From an uncultured virus (IMG/VR IMGVR_UViG_3300013370_000002) (lineage: Duplodnaviria > Heunggongvirae > Uroviricota > Caudoviricetes): 20,000 nucleotides of DNA. Positions 1 to 9,133 of the stretch are shown piece after piece. Under the pieces are notes generated by a model, which saw only the letters and a program-made list of their open reading frames with translations, was not told the DNA's origin and did not search any database. A program made the position numbers and the translations under genes. The stretch is from positions 45,702-65,701 of the IMG/VR virus record IMGVR_UViG_3300013370_000002. The stretch is one strand, 5' to 3'. Position 1 is the first letter of the stretch, and the number at the start of each line of letters is the position of its first letter.

Positions 1-1
1 C

Positions 2-424
2 GCCTTTTACCGTCGTCACGGGCAAGGGCGAGCGCTTGTGGATATCCGCCGCATACGTCAAGAAAATATCGAGCTGCTGGCACGATCAGCGATTACCCTT
101 GATGCTAAAGACTTGGTACACATTAAAGCCAAAACCATCACTATTGATGCAACCACCGTCAATCTTAATGCCAGTAACTTTAATATCACCGCAGAAACCA
201 GCGTCAAAGGCAACATCAAACAAGCTGGAAACTACTCAATGCAAGGCAATCAGTCAATCACTGGCAGCCATACCGTCAACGGCAATAGCACCTCTTACGG
301 CAACCAGACAATCAATGGCAGTGTGTCTGCCACAGGCGATATCAAGGCGGGCGGTATATCGCTTAAATCTCATAAACATGGCGGCGTGAAGTCGGGCGGC
401 AGCTCAACCAGTGACCCACAATAA
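2..424 (+). CDS. Baseplate central spike protein (P2 gpV / Mu gp45-like), 5'-truncated by the window edge
   Basis: The frame is open from base 2 (AFYRRHGQGRALVDIRR...). It has ~6-residue beta-helix repeats (SVKGNIKQAGNYSMQGNQSITGSHTVNGN) and the C-terminal GISLKSHKHGGVKSGGSSTSDPQ with the HxH metal-binding tip motif typical of gpV spikes. Confidence 0.85.
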   Translation, partial: AFYRRHGQGRALVDIRRIRQENIELLARSAITLDAKDLVHIKAKTITIDATTVNLNASNFNITAETSVKGNIKQAGNYSMQGNQSITGSHTVNGNSTSYGNQTINGSVSATGDIKAGGISLKSHKHGGVKSGGSSTSDPQ

Positions 425-458
425 CATTTGCTAGAACACAGCTTAATAGGCGTAAAAC

Positions 459-2087
459 ATGAAACTACTTAATACCATGGCAAACATGCTGATTAGCAAT
501 CGTGAGATGAAGCGGTCTGCCACGCCAGCTAGCATTGGTGATGTCAACCGCCAGTATGAAGCGCTTAATCAGATGGAGCTTGGCACCTTTAACAGCCCTG
601 AGAACGCGCCGCGAACCCGTCAAGATATCTACTCAACGTGGGAGCTGATGCAAAAGGACCCACAAATAGCAGAGGCATTAAGCTTGCATGTTACGGCAGC
701 ACTCGGCGGGCATGAAACCACGGGTGACATGATATTTATTACCCCGCATGAGCGCGTGCGCGGCAAAGGTCGCCGTGCTAAAGAATTGCGCGATAAGGTC
801 GAGCGTGAGGCATTGCATATTGCGCCCATTATTAACCGATACGCCTTTACCTTAGCCCGCCAAGCCATCGCCTATGGGGACAGCTACGCACGTATCTATA
901 CCGACAAACGCAAGGGCGTGGTTGGGCTTATGAACAATCGTCATACTGCGCCATCACTTATTATGCCGTTTGAGCAGGCAGGCGAGACCGTCGGCTTTCA
1001 CGGGCTTGAAGAGGAGGACTACGAGCGCTCTATTGCCAAACTGACCCCTAGGCAGCTATTGCGCGTCAAGATGCAGCGCATTGAAGTTATCCCGCAGATG
1101 ACCATGCAGGTATGGCAAGACAGAAAAACACTGATCTACAATGAGCGCTGTGACAACCCTATCTTGCCAGCGGAAATCGGCGGATCGTTTCTCTATCCAG
1201 TAGAGAAGCCGTGGAAGGATGTTGTTATTAGCCTTGCAGGACTGAACAATCAGCAAATAGCCGATAGTGTCAAACAAGCCTTTTTGACCGTCAACATGGA
1301 GGGGATGCCACCTAAGCAGCAAAACAAATATAAAGAAAGCGTCACTAAGATGCTGACCAACTACCGCGATCAGATACAAGAGGCGTTTAAAGGCGGTGAG
1401 GCATTACACGGCACCAAATATCATGTGTTGCCGCAATGGGGTGATAAGCAGATATTGCAATCAGTAGGGGATTTATCACAGCGCAATATGCCACTAAACC
1501 CTGAAACGCTCATGCTCAACCTTCGCCGCGTGGCAGGTGGTCTGGGGATTGATTTATCCTTAGTCGGTTGGGCGGATATGCTGGCAGGCGGACTGGGTGA
1601 TGGCGCATCTTTTCAAACGTCCGCACAAATTATGCGTCGATCTAACCTTATTCGCACCTCGTTAATTGACGCCTTTAATCACTTAATGAGCATTCATTGG
1701 GGTATTAAGTACGGGGAATATTTTGACGCTAAAGAGTACCCGTGGCAGTTTGACTTCTTCTCAGATGCCGGAGCCGCTACCGCGCAAGCACTAAGCAATA
1801 AGCAAAACAAAGCCAACACACTGACTATCGAGATGCAGGCAGTGCAGATGATAAAGGACTTGGGGCTTGGTAAAGAGGCGACACAACTCATGCTTGAAGA
1901 CCGCTTGGATTACGACTTAGCTTTTGCTGAAAAAGTTGCTATTGCAATCACCGCGCCACCAATGGGCGAAGAGGGCTTGCCAGCAGGGATGCCGCAACCT
2001 CCTAGTAATGCTGATATGAGCAATAATCCTGAAGACGACGACTTGCCAGATGGCCTAGACGATATGGAGGATGACTATGAGGACTGA
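459..2087 (+). CDS. Probable phage portal protein (P1 Prt-like)
   Basis: 542 aa. Portal-like segments 'RQDIYSTWELMQKDPQIAEALSLHVTAALG' and 'LARQAIAYGDSYARI', a Pro-rich and acidic disordered C-tail, and a position among virion genes. Confidence 0.7.
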   Translation: MKLLNTMANMLISNREMKRSATPASIGDVNRQYEALNQMELGTFNSPENAPRTRQDIYSTWELMQKDPQIAEALSLHVTAALGGHETTGDMIFITPHERVRGKGRRAKELRDKVEREALHIAPIINRYAFTLARQAIAYGDSYARIYTDKRKGVVGLMNNRHTAPSLIMPFEQAGETVGFHGLEEEDYERSIAKLTPRQLLRVKMQRIEVIPQMTMQVWQDRKTLIYNERCDNPILPAEIGGSFLYPVEKPWKDVVISLAGLNNQQIADSVKQAFLTVNMEGMPPKQQNKYKESVTKMLTNYRDQIQEAFKGGEALHGTKYHVLPQWGDKQILQSVGDLSQRNMPLNPETLMLNLRRVAGGLGIDLSLVGWADMLAGGLGDGASFQTSAQIMRRSNLIRTSLIDAFNHLMSIHWGIKYGEYFDAKEYPWQFDFFSDAGAATAQALSNKQNKANTLTIEMQAVQMIKDLGLGKEATQLMLEDRLDYDLAFAEKVAIAITAPPMGEEGLPAGMPQPPSNADMSNNPEDDDLPDGLDDMEDDYED

Positions 2088-2697
2088 TCTAGTGCAAGGG
2101 CTAATCGCTAGCAAAAATGATGTTGGGCGCGTAAAAGTAGGTACGGCAACCAATTCGCAGTACATGCAGTCTTTACAGTTACTCTATGGTAAATTACGGG
2201 TACATGAAGCGTTATTGCAGTGTATGTATGTGGTCAAGATTGAAGATATATTCGGCAATGGCTCTAACATTCCTTGGTTTAGAGATAAAACATTATGCTA
2301 CCTAGCAACTGAGGCGGATATGTCGCTGGGTAGCGCTGATAGCGAGACCTTTTACGCTGGCTCGTATCAAGCAGGGTATCTGACGCAAAAAACAGCCGAT
2401 GATATGGATGTGACGTTTATTGAGACCATCAATGGCGATATATCCAATTCCTACCGAGATTGTCACAAACTTGCCTTTAATGACGATGGCACGGTGAACG
2501 AGTCTAAAAAATACGCATTTAAGTTAAGTGTTGGCCTTATCAATCATAAAAAACCCAACAGCGAGCCAGTTATCACAAGGTCGTGGTTGGTTGGTGCCAA
2601 AAGCGCCCGTCCTGAGATTAGTAGTACGGGGCGTAGTGAGATTGTCAAAGTGCCAGTAACCTTTCAGAAGCTCAGGCCACTTATGTTTGAGCGATGA
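2077..2697 (+). CDS. Putative tail tube-like / baseplate protein
   Basis: ATG at 2077 lies 6 nt after GGAGG (2066-2070), whereas the track's ATG at 2071 abuts the SD. It overlaps the portal stop. The beta-rich pattern 'MDVTFIET...NDDGTVN..KY...EIVKVPVTF' resembles tube-fold proteins of contractile tails. Confidence 0.45.
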   Translation: MRTDLVQGLIASKNDVGRVKVGTATNSQYMQSLQLLYGKLRVHEALLQCMYVVKIEDIFGNGSNIPWFRDKTLCYLATEADMSLGSADSETFYAGSYQAGYLTQKTADDMDVTFIETINGDISNSYRDCHKLAFNDDGTVNESKKYAFKLSVGLINHKKPNSEPVITRSWLVGAKSARPEISSTGRSEIVKVPVTFQKLRPLMFER

Positions 2698-2712
2698 TAT
2701 CTCTTAGCTAAT

Positions 2713-2741
2713 AACCCACTCTTTGAAGTGGGTTTTTCTTT
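2713..2741 (+). terminator. Rho-independent terminator
   Basis: Stem AACCCACT / AGTGGGTT, loop CTTTGA, followed by TTTCTTT, just after the 2697 stop. Confidence 0.85.
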
Positions 2742-2755
2742 GCCTAACATTCAGC

Positions 2756-2797
2756 GGAACACCCCCGCTGCATAGCCGCCAAACCTTGTCACAATAA
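2756..2797 (+). promoter_or_regulatory. Candidate activator-dependent late promoter for the darA-like operon
   Basis: GGAACAC (2756-2762), 27 nt, then CACAATAA (2790-2797). Same layout and spacing as 10971-11012. Confidence 0.55.
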
Positions 2798-2836
2798 ACC
2801 TATCTTATTATCCCTAACAAACATAGGCGTCCTGCA

Positions 2837-5800
2837 ATGGCATATATCACACTCAATAAAGCGCATACTCACCATAAAACAACTATCAATGGTCAGCCTA
2901 CTAGCCAGTATAGCCGCTACGAAACAGGTTTAATCACTGGCAACAAGCGAGACTTGCCAGCCATTCTAGCGGATAGTACGGGCAGTGACGGCTATAGTTT
3001 TGATAGTGCAGTCGGTAGTGCTGATGATAGCTGGCACGTATTAAACGCCTTTGATAAACAGGGCTTGTATGTCGATAGTATTGCGGTTGGCGGCGCTATG
3101 GATGCCGATCACGCTACCGTGGTAGCGCGCACCCAGCTTGACAGCCTAGGCGCAGCTAACCTAAAAGTGATTGGTGAGGGATTGGTTCAGTTTGACAGTA
3201 TCAATCAATCGAACGCTGGCACGTTTTCAGTTGACGCCATCAACAAGCTTATGGACAACCCTTCGCAAGATAAAAACTACCTACCGATCATTACCGCCTC
3301 AGAGCTTGCTTATGAAGCTGATCGCGTTACCTTTGACAGTGTGGAGTGGGGCGAAGGAGCAGAGCTATTAAGCCATGACGGGCGTGATAGCACACTCATG
3401 CTAGACATGACTCGTGCCGATACTCGCAGCGACTTAGTAAACGAATTTGAGCTTGCAGACGTACTCGACTTGCTGGGCGCTGAACCTGAGCAGAGCTTTG
3501 ATGCCTTGATGGACACCAAAAACCGTTTAGGGCTATTGAAAGATCGCTTATATAACGCGATGAGCCGTGCCGGTAACGATACGGTATCAGTTACTAATGT
3601 CACTGAAACCAAGCCATTTAAGCGCCAGGGCGTGACTAATATTGCCTTTGTGTTTGATCTATCAGACGGTCAAAAATTGTCTATCTGGTTCCACAATCCA
3701 GACAGTACGCCATCCAAGTTAATGCCAAGCGATATCATGATTAGCTGGAAATGGATGTTAAACAAGCGTGATGTGACCGCCGCATTATCACCAAAACAAG
3801 GTGATAACGTCCAGTTGCCTGCGCTGGCAAGTCGAATCATGCGCGTAGCTGCCAAGAACTCTATGCCATTTAAGCGTACACAAGCCAAGCGCTTAAAGCT
3901 AGATAATGAGCTAGCAGAAGCAAAAATGACGATTGAAAATAAGACTGCCACTATCGAGCAGTTGGATCAAGATATTGCCAGCCTAAATAGCCAGATTGAT
4001 GCGGCTATGAAAGCGCCTAAAGTTGAGCCAGCGGTTAATAATTCTGATATTGAAGCAAATAACCCGTCATTGAATGGCACGGACAGCGCATTATCCGAAA
4101 AGTTGAATCTAAGCGCTAAAGACTTAAATGCTTTTAATGCAGGCTTATCCGAACATGACACTGTTAATATCGATGGTTATGCCGATAAGATCAAAAGAAA
4201 GCAAAAGCAGTTAGACGATCAAGGCGTGTCCTATGTGGGTCAAAGTGAATTTCAAAATCTTATCAACAATGGCGATGAGCCGGGACTATCTGAGCAGAAG
4301 CAAAAAGAGACTATAGACAACTTAATAAAAGACGCTGAGAACCTTCGTGATAAAAAAATAGGTCCATCAAAAATTGTTGGTGCAGGCTACAAAGATGCTC
4401 GATCAGTCGCTTTTAAGTGGTTGGCAAAAACAATAAAAATGGACCAAGAAGCTTTTAACGGCGATGTTGCAGGTTTTAATAACATTATCAACATGAGCAA
4501 TTATATTATTTATTTAGGCCAACAGTTAAGTGGCAGCAACAATGAAGGTGCAGCGGCAGATAACGCGACTGACACCGAAGCAGATATAGCACTAGCCAGA
4601 CCAAGTCAAATGGAAGAGCTTAAAAACCTTAGAAACTTAGCGCCTAAGTCTGGCGAGGCTATAAAATCAGATGATCCGGACGCTATTGAGAAGCTAGAAG
4701 CTAAACTGGGTTACTTGCAAGCGTTTGCAGCCGTGATGCGTACTGCTAACAAGCATGTGCGTAAAGGTGATGACGCCGCGCTTAGCAAGATGGGTTTAAA
4801 TGATAAAGAAATCGCAACCCTAAAAGAGCCTGATTATGCGGGTCGAACCGGCTTTGCTGATTATCAGATGACCAACAACAACGGTGAAATGGGGCGTATC
4901 AAGAAGCGCTTGAAAGGTCTTTATCGTGAGCGCGAATTAGAGCAGGCTGAAAATATCGATAGCGATCCAGCTAGCCAGCCAAGCCAAAATATGACATCCG
5001 CTGAGATTGATGCTATTGAACTTGAGGCATTCAAAGCCTTTACGGTTAGTAATGATTTTTGGAATAAACCTACATCGGTTGTCCAAGCGTTAAGCGAGAG
5101 TGACTTCAATCGCTTATCAGAGTCATTAACAGACGTTAATTACCATAAAGAAAATGCTTTTTTTAAGGCAAAACGCACCGGCGATCAATCTTTGATTAAT
5201 AAAACCATGTTTGATTTGCAAAATAGCGCTGAAGATGCCGCCGTATTACCAGATGGTTACGATGTCGATACCGCAAGCAATGATGCGATTATTAACGACA
5301 CTAGAATACAGTCGCTAATCACTGACTTAGGTTTAACGCTTACATCTAGTGAGAATAACGAGTACGAGTACGGTACAAAAACCGATAATAGCGCTTTTTC
5401 GTTTAAGCTGAAGCACGGTGAGCTATCAACCGTTTATTTTGTTCAAAACGGCGATGGCAGCAATCTAAATAACGCAATGACTGAGGTTAGCGATATAGAC
5501 GGGTTTATCACTCAAGCAAAAGATATGCACGCTAAATACATGGCTTTACTAGGTGAGGATAATACGCCTGATCCTGACAACACGCCAACCAACCCCAACA
5601 ACAAAAAGATAGTTAAAGGCAAGTCAAACAAAGCTAAAACACCCAAAGGCACCAAAATTGAAAGCGTCTTTGCTTTAGTTGATGCTAAATTCCTGATTGC
5701 CTCGCATACCGCAAACGGTAGTAAAAACCCTAAATACCCGCAAGAGCTACAGCCGCGTGATCGTGCGCGTGAATCTTCTATTGCATGGGTACAAAAAACC

Positions 5801-7531
5801 TCAAGAGAGCTTGATCCTGAGAGCTTAGGTCGTACTGGCCGTGTTGATACCGGCGCGCCTATCGTTGGTGATGATCTAGTGGTAGAAAGCGGCAACGGTC
5901 GCACTATTGCGATCAAGATGGCTTACGCCAATGGCGATGCTAGCGAGTACAGAGAATGGCTTGCTGAGAACGCTGATATGTTCGGTATGACCGCTAAGCA
6001 AGTAGAGAGCTATAAGCAGCCTATTCTTGTGCGTATGCGTACCACGCAAGTGAACCGCAGCGAGTTTGCAGTAGAAGCGAACCAAGACGACAAACTAAGC
6101 TTTACCGCCTCAGAACGCGCCAAATCAGATGCTAAGCGGGTTAATGCTGGCATGTTAGAGCTATTCGATCCTAGCGAGTCAGGCGACATCTTAGCCGCCA
6201 GTAACCGCCCATTCGTAAAATCGTTTCTAGCCAGCCTAGGCGCGACAGAAGCAGCGCAATATACCGACAGTAACGGCAATCCAACTCAAGCGCTAGTCGC
6301 TCGCATTAAAGGCGCATTGTTCAGTAAAGCCTATGACGATGACCGCTTGCTTGAGATGATGGCAGATCAAACAAAGCCTGAGCTACAAAACACCCTAAAC
6401 GCCCTAACAATGGCCGCGCCTAAGTTTGTAGCAGCACAAGCGGTCAACCGTAGTGACGCGCAGGACTTGGCTGAAAAAGTGGTTGATAGTGTCGAGCAGT
6501 CGCTAAGCGACGAGGTTAAAAACGCCATTGTTGATGCCACCAACATGATTATGAACGCCAAGCTTAGCAATCAAGATATTAAAGAATACGTGCTGCAACA
6601 AGGGTTGTTTGAGCAAGTGGACGATGCCACCGCTGAACTGGCCGTATTTCTTGCCGCTAATGCTCGTAGCGCCAAGAAAATGACTGAGTATTTTAATGCA
6701 ATGGCAAGCTATATCGAGCAAGACAGCGTGAGCCGTCAAAACCTTGATATGTTTGGCGAGCCTGAGCCGTTATCGCTCGCTGATGTGATTGCTCATGCCA
6801 ATAGCAAAGCCAATGACAATACCGACACCATAGGATCACTTGATATGTTTAATGAGACGGTAGTAGAAGAAGCGGTAGTGACTGACAACCAAGCTACCAC
6901 AAGCGACAAGAATTACTCATCCAGCAACCCTTATGCTGCTTACGCTAATGATGACGAAGATGCTATGAATAACGCCGACCAATGGGAGGCCAGAGAGCCG
7001 CTAACAGAAAACCGTTTGGATCAGTTTAACAAAATGGCAGAATCGCTTGGTTTTAGCACCTTTATCGAATCAAGACATGCAGGCTTAGGGGTATTCCAAG
7101 CAGCCAAAGAAGTATCTAATCGCAAGGTCGAGATTGACGGTAAATTCAAAAACAATGACAGCCAGTCATCAAAAGAAGCGCCTAGAGACTTCACTATCGA
7201 AAAATCTGAAAACGGAAACATTGTTGATTACCAGTACACCAACGACTTATCAGATTATATTAAAAAGGCGAACGACTGGCTAAATCAAGCCAGCCCACTA
7301 GACGACTTCAGCACAGCTAACCTAGCCGCCAAAGTTGACGGTATAGTCGCTGAGATCAACTCAGACGACTTTGACCCAGAGATTTTTGATGTTGATGCGC
7401 TAAGTGCTATTGCAGATGAGGCTGAGGGCAATAGCGAGCTTACCGCAAAACTTGAGGCTGCAAGTGAGGTGTATCAAAACAAGTTGATCGCAGTTGCTAT
7501 GCAAGCTATGTCTGATATGGCGGGCAAGTAA
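2837..7531 (+). CDS. darA: Large polyvalent virion protein: DarA N-terminal domain + coiled coil + DUF3560-like segment + DdrB-like ParB-superfamily domain
   Basis: ~3530-3900 'FDLSDGQKLSIWFHNP...LNKRDVTAALSP..G...RIMRVAAKNSMPFKRTQAKR' resembles P1 DarA_N. ~4655-4920 'IKSDDPDAIEKLEAKL...PDYAGRTGFADYQMTNNNGEMGRIKKRL' resembles DUF3560-type regions. ~5630-6130 'LIASH...NPKYPQELQPRDR...GAPIVGDDLVVESGNGRT' is the ddrB-ParB signature. Confidence 0.8.
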   Translation: MAYITLNKAHTHHKTTINGQPTSQYSRYETGLITGNKRDLPAILADSTGSDGYSFDSAVGSADDSWHVLNAFDKQGLYVDSIAVGGAMDADHATVVARTQLDSLGAANLKVIGEGLVQFDSINQSNAGTFSVDAINKLMDNPSQDKNYLPIITASELAYEADRVTFDSVEWGEGAELLSHDGRDSTLMLDMTRADTRSDLVNEFELADVLDLLGAEPEQSFDALMDTKNRLGLLKDRLYNAMSRAGNDTVSVTNVTETKPFKRQGVTNIAFVFDLSDGQKLSIWFHNPDSTPSKLMPSDIMISWKWMLNKRDVTAALSPKQGDNVQLPALASRIMRVAAKNSMPFKRTQAKRLKLDNELAEAKMTIENKTATIEQLDQDIASLNSQIDAAMKAPKVEPAVNNSDIEANNPSLNGTDSALSEKLNLSAKDLNAFNAGLSEHDTVNIDGYADKIKRKQKQLDDQGVSYVGQSEFQNLINNGDEPGLSEQKQKETIDNLIKDAENLRDKKIGPSKIVGAGYKDARSVAFKWLAKTIKMDQEAFNGDVAGFNNIINMSNYIIYLGQQLSGSNNEGAAADNATDTEADIALARPSQMEELKNLRNLAPKSGEAIKSDDPDAIEKLEAKLGYLQAFAAVMRTANKHVRKGDDAALSKMGLNDKEIATLKEPDYAGRTGFADYQMTNNNGEMGRIKKRLKGLYRERELEQAENIDSDPASQPSQNMTSAEIDAIELEAFKAFTVSNDFWNKPTSVVQALSESDFNRLSESLTDVNYHKENAFFKAKRTGDQSLINKTMFDLQNSAEDAAVLPDGYDVDTASNDAIINDTRIQSLITDLGLTLTSSENNEYEYGTKTDNSAFSFKLKHGELSTVYFVQNGDGSNLNNAMTEVSDIDGFITQAKDMHAKYMALLGEDNTPDPDNTPTNPNNKKIVKGKSNKAKTPKGTKIESVFALVDAKFLIASHTANGSKNPKYPQELQPRDRARESSIAWVQKTSRELDPESLGRTGRVDTGAPIVGDDLVVESGNGRTIAIKMAYANGDASEYREWLAENADMFGMTAKQVESYKQPILVRMRTTQVNRSEFAVEANQDDKLSFTASERAKSDAKRVNAGMLELFDPSESGDILAASNRPFVKSFLASLGATEAAQYTDSNGNPTQALVARIKGALFSKAYDDDRLLEMMADQTKPELQNTLNALTMAAPKFVAAQAVNRSDAQDLAEKVVDSVEQSLSDEVKNAIVDATNMIMNAKLSNQDIKEYVLQQGLFEQVDDATAELAVFLAANARSAKKMTEYFNAMASYIEQDSVSRQNLDMFGEPEPLSLADVIAHANSKANDNTDTIGSLDMFNETVVEEAVVTDNQATTSDKNYSSSNPYAAYANDDEDAMNNADQWEAREPLTENRLDQFNKMAESLGFSTFIESRHAGLGVFQAAKEVSNRKVEIDGKFKNNDSQSSKEAPRDFTIEKSENGNIVDYQYTNDLSDYIKKANDWLNQASPLDDFSTANLAAKVDGIVAEINSDDFDPEIFDVDALSAIADEAEGNSELTAKLEAASEVYQNKLIAVAMQAMSDMAGK

Positions 7532-8376
7532 TGCCAAACGCGCCAGCCACTAATAAAAACAAGACTACCAATGGCAATACCATTGGTAGCACTTGGGGCG
7601 AGAAGGGATTAAACAAAAACCTTCTTGTCAAAATACGGCCAGTAATCGAGGGCAATATTGAAGGCGGGCAAGGGGCGCAGACTTATGACGCTGATGCTAG
7701 TCAGCCCACGGTTGAGTCCATCTTTGAGGATGCTGAATTTACCATTGAATCGCAGTACAGCACGCCTTTTGAGTCGAGCAACCCTGAAGGTCGTCTTCCT
7801 AACTTAATGGGTATGATCCAGTCAGGGCAAGCCGCTGCTGCTGGTTACAGTATATTTGCTGCTGCTGGCGGCGGCGTAGTCGCTGATGTGGCTGACGCGG
7901 CGGCTAACTTCATTGGCGCCAAAGACGTTATTGAGTCGGGACAAGCCGAACTAGAAGGACTGATGGGTAAGTCCAACTTCACCAAGCTCAATAGCCGCCA
8001 AATTTTCACCTCATCAAACTCAATACGCATTACTGGCAGCCTTGTCTTTCAGGCATGGAGCGACGCCGCAACCGAGGTTGAGGCAGCGGTAAGCCAGTTG
8101 CAGCGCTGGGCGTCCGCTAAGAGCTTGTCAAAAACATCATTGATTGTCGGTGCGCTTGATGAAGGGTTGTCGGCTATGTTCCCCTCAGAAATACCGCCAA
8201 TGGTGCAACTTCAATACGGTGGTAAAACCTATAAGCCGATGGTGATTGAGAGTGTATCAGCACCCATCACCGCCCCTATGACCAAAGACGGCAATCGTAT
8301 CGCTGTCAAAGTGCAAGTCACTTTCTTGTCCCTCACCGCATGGGATCAACAAAATATCATAGACATGAGCCGCTAA
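7531..8376 (+). CDS. Baseplate / tail-tube initiator protein (P1 gp24-like)
   Basis: 281 aa, translationally coupled by a TAATG overlap with the darA-like stop. Motifs 'SQYSTPFE', 'TKLNSRQIF', 'EVEAAVSQLQRWA' and 'PPMVQLQYGGKTYKPMVIESVSAP' resemble tube-initiator proteins of contractile tails. Confidence 0.55.
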   Translation: MPNAPATNKNKTTNGNTIGSTWGEKGLNKNLLVKIRPVIEGNIEGGQGAQTYDADASQPTVESIFEDAEFTIESQYSTPFESSNPEGRLPNLMGMIQSGQAAAAGYSIFAAAGGGVVADVADAAANFIGAKDVIESGQAELEGLMGKSNFTKLNSRQIFTSSNSIRITGSLVFQAWSDAATEVEAAVSQLQRWASAKSLSKTSLIVGALDEGLSAMFPSEIPPMVQLQYGGKTYKPMVIESVSAPITAPMTKDGNRIAVKVQVTFLSLTAWDQQNIIDMSR

Positions 8377-8392
8377 CCCAAAAGAGACCATC

Positions 8393-9133
8393 ATGGAAAC
8401 CACTTTAGATGTACAGCTTTTAGAGACCAGTATATTACTGCCCGACCTTCAGATAGGGCAAGCAATGGATATTGCCAAGATACCCGTGGCATTCAATGAA
8501 AAACGATTGAGCGCCATGATCTCGCACTTAACGGGCAATCCTAGCTTGGCTGGCAAGTTAACCGCACAAGAGCGTTATTTTGTCCTACTTAATCACCAAG
8601 CGATATCGCAAAGCCAGCATATCGGGGACAGTGATATTGATGGTTACGCCCTGCCTACTATTCAGTCGGATGTGCCAAAGTGCCACCAAGTAGGTGATAT
8701 GTATGTTAATCACTTGCTAGGTGCTCATGTGGTCGTGCTTGAGGGTATTTGCGAGAATGTCTACGACTGGATTATCGGACAAATGGCCTGCCAGCTTAGC
8801 GGTGATATCTCATCCGTGATTGGCGGCGACAGTAGCGACAATCTCAAGTGGGATGTGATTGATGCTGGCATGACTGAAAACGAGATTAACGAGGCGATAC
8901 AAGGCCGTATTAAGTTTATAGAGACGCTAAGCGCTAACGACGATTTTAATATCTTGCATGATGCTTATAGCATAGGGGTTGATGCCCTATCTCATTTTTT
9001 AATACTAGGCTGTGAAAACAAAGGTTTAACCGTTATTAGCCAAGGAGGTGATGGCGCTGGCGAGCCGTCACGATTTCTCACCCTTGATAGCTTACAAGGG
9101 ATCGCCAGAGTTATTGCAGAGTGCGTTGCTTGA
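8393..9133 (+). CDS. Putative tail/baseplate assembly chaperone
   Basis: 246 aa acidic protein in the tail module with 'LTAQERYFVLL' and a C-terminal 'RF' motif. It is overlapped by a short +1-frame ORF, as in chaperone G/GT-type pairs. Confidence 0.4.
   Translation: METTLDVQLLETSILLPDLQIGQAMDIAKIPVAFNEKRLSAMISHLTGNPSLAGKLTAQERYFVLLNHQAISQSQHIGDSDIDGYALPTIQSDVPKCHQVGDMYVNHLLGAHVVVLEGICENVYDWIIGQMACQLSGDISSVIGGDSSDNLKWDVIDAGMTENEINEAIQGRIKFIETLSANDDFNILHDAYSIGVDALSHFLILGCENKGLTVISQGGDGAGEPSRFLTLDSLQGIARVIAECVA

Noticed and set aside
36..389. 117-aa alternative-frame ORF over the spike gene
   Set aside because: It is a shadow of the gpV-like frame, which carries the diagnostic beta-helix repeats and HxH motif.
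433..439. AGAACAC upstream of the portal as a fourth late-promoter motif
   Set aside because: It has one mismatch, and a -10 box at the expected spacing would fall inside the portal coding sequence.
446..453. ATAGGCGT/TAGGC shared upstream of the portal, darA and darB start codons
   Set aside because: It sits at ribosome-binding distance and is most simply a weak AGG Shine-Dalgarno; too short to claim a translational operator.
2752..2770. Inverted repeat CAGCGG-N7-CCGCTG around the first GGAACAC motif
   Set aside because: It is only a 6-bp stem and is not reproduced at the other two motif copies.
5630..6130. ParB-like domain as evidence of plasmid partitioning
   Set aside because: It is the DdrB-type ParB-superfamily domain embedded in a virion protein; no parA or parS is visible.
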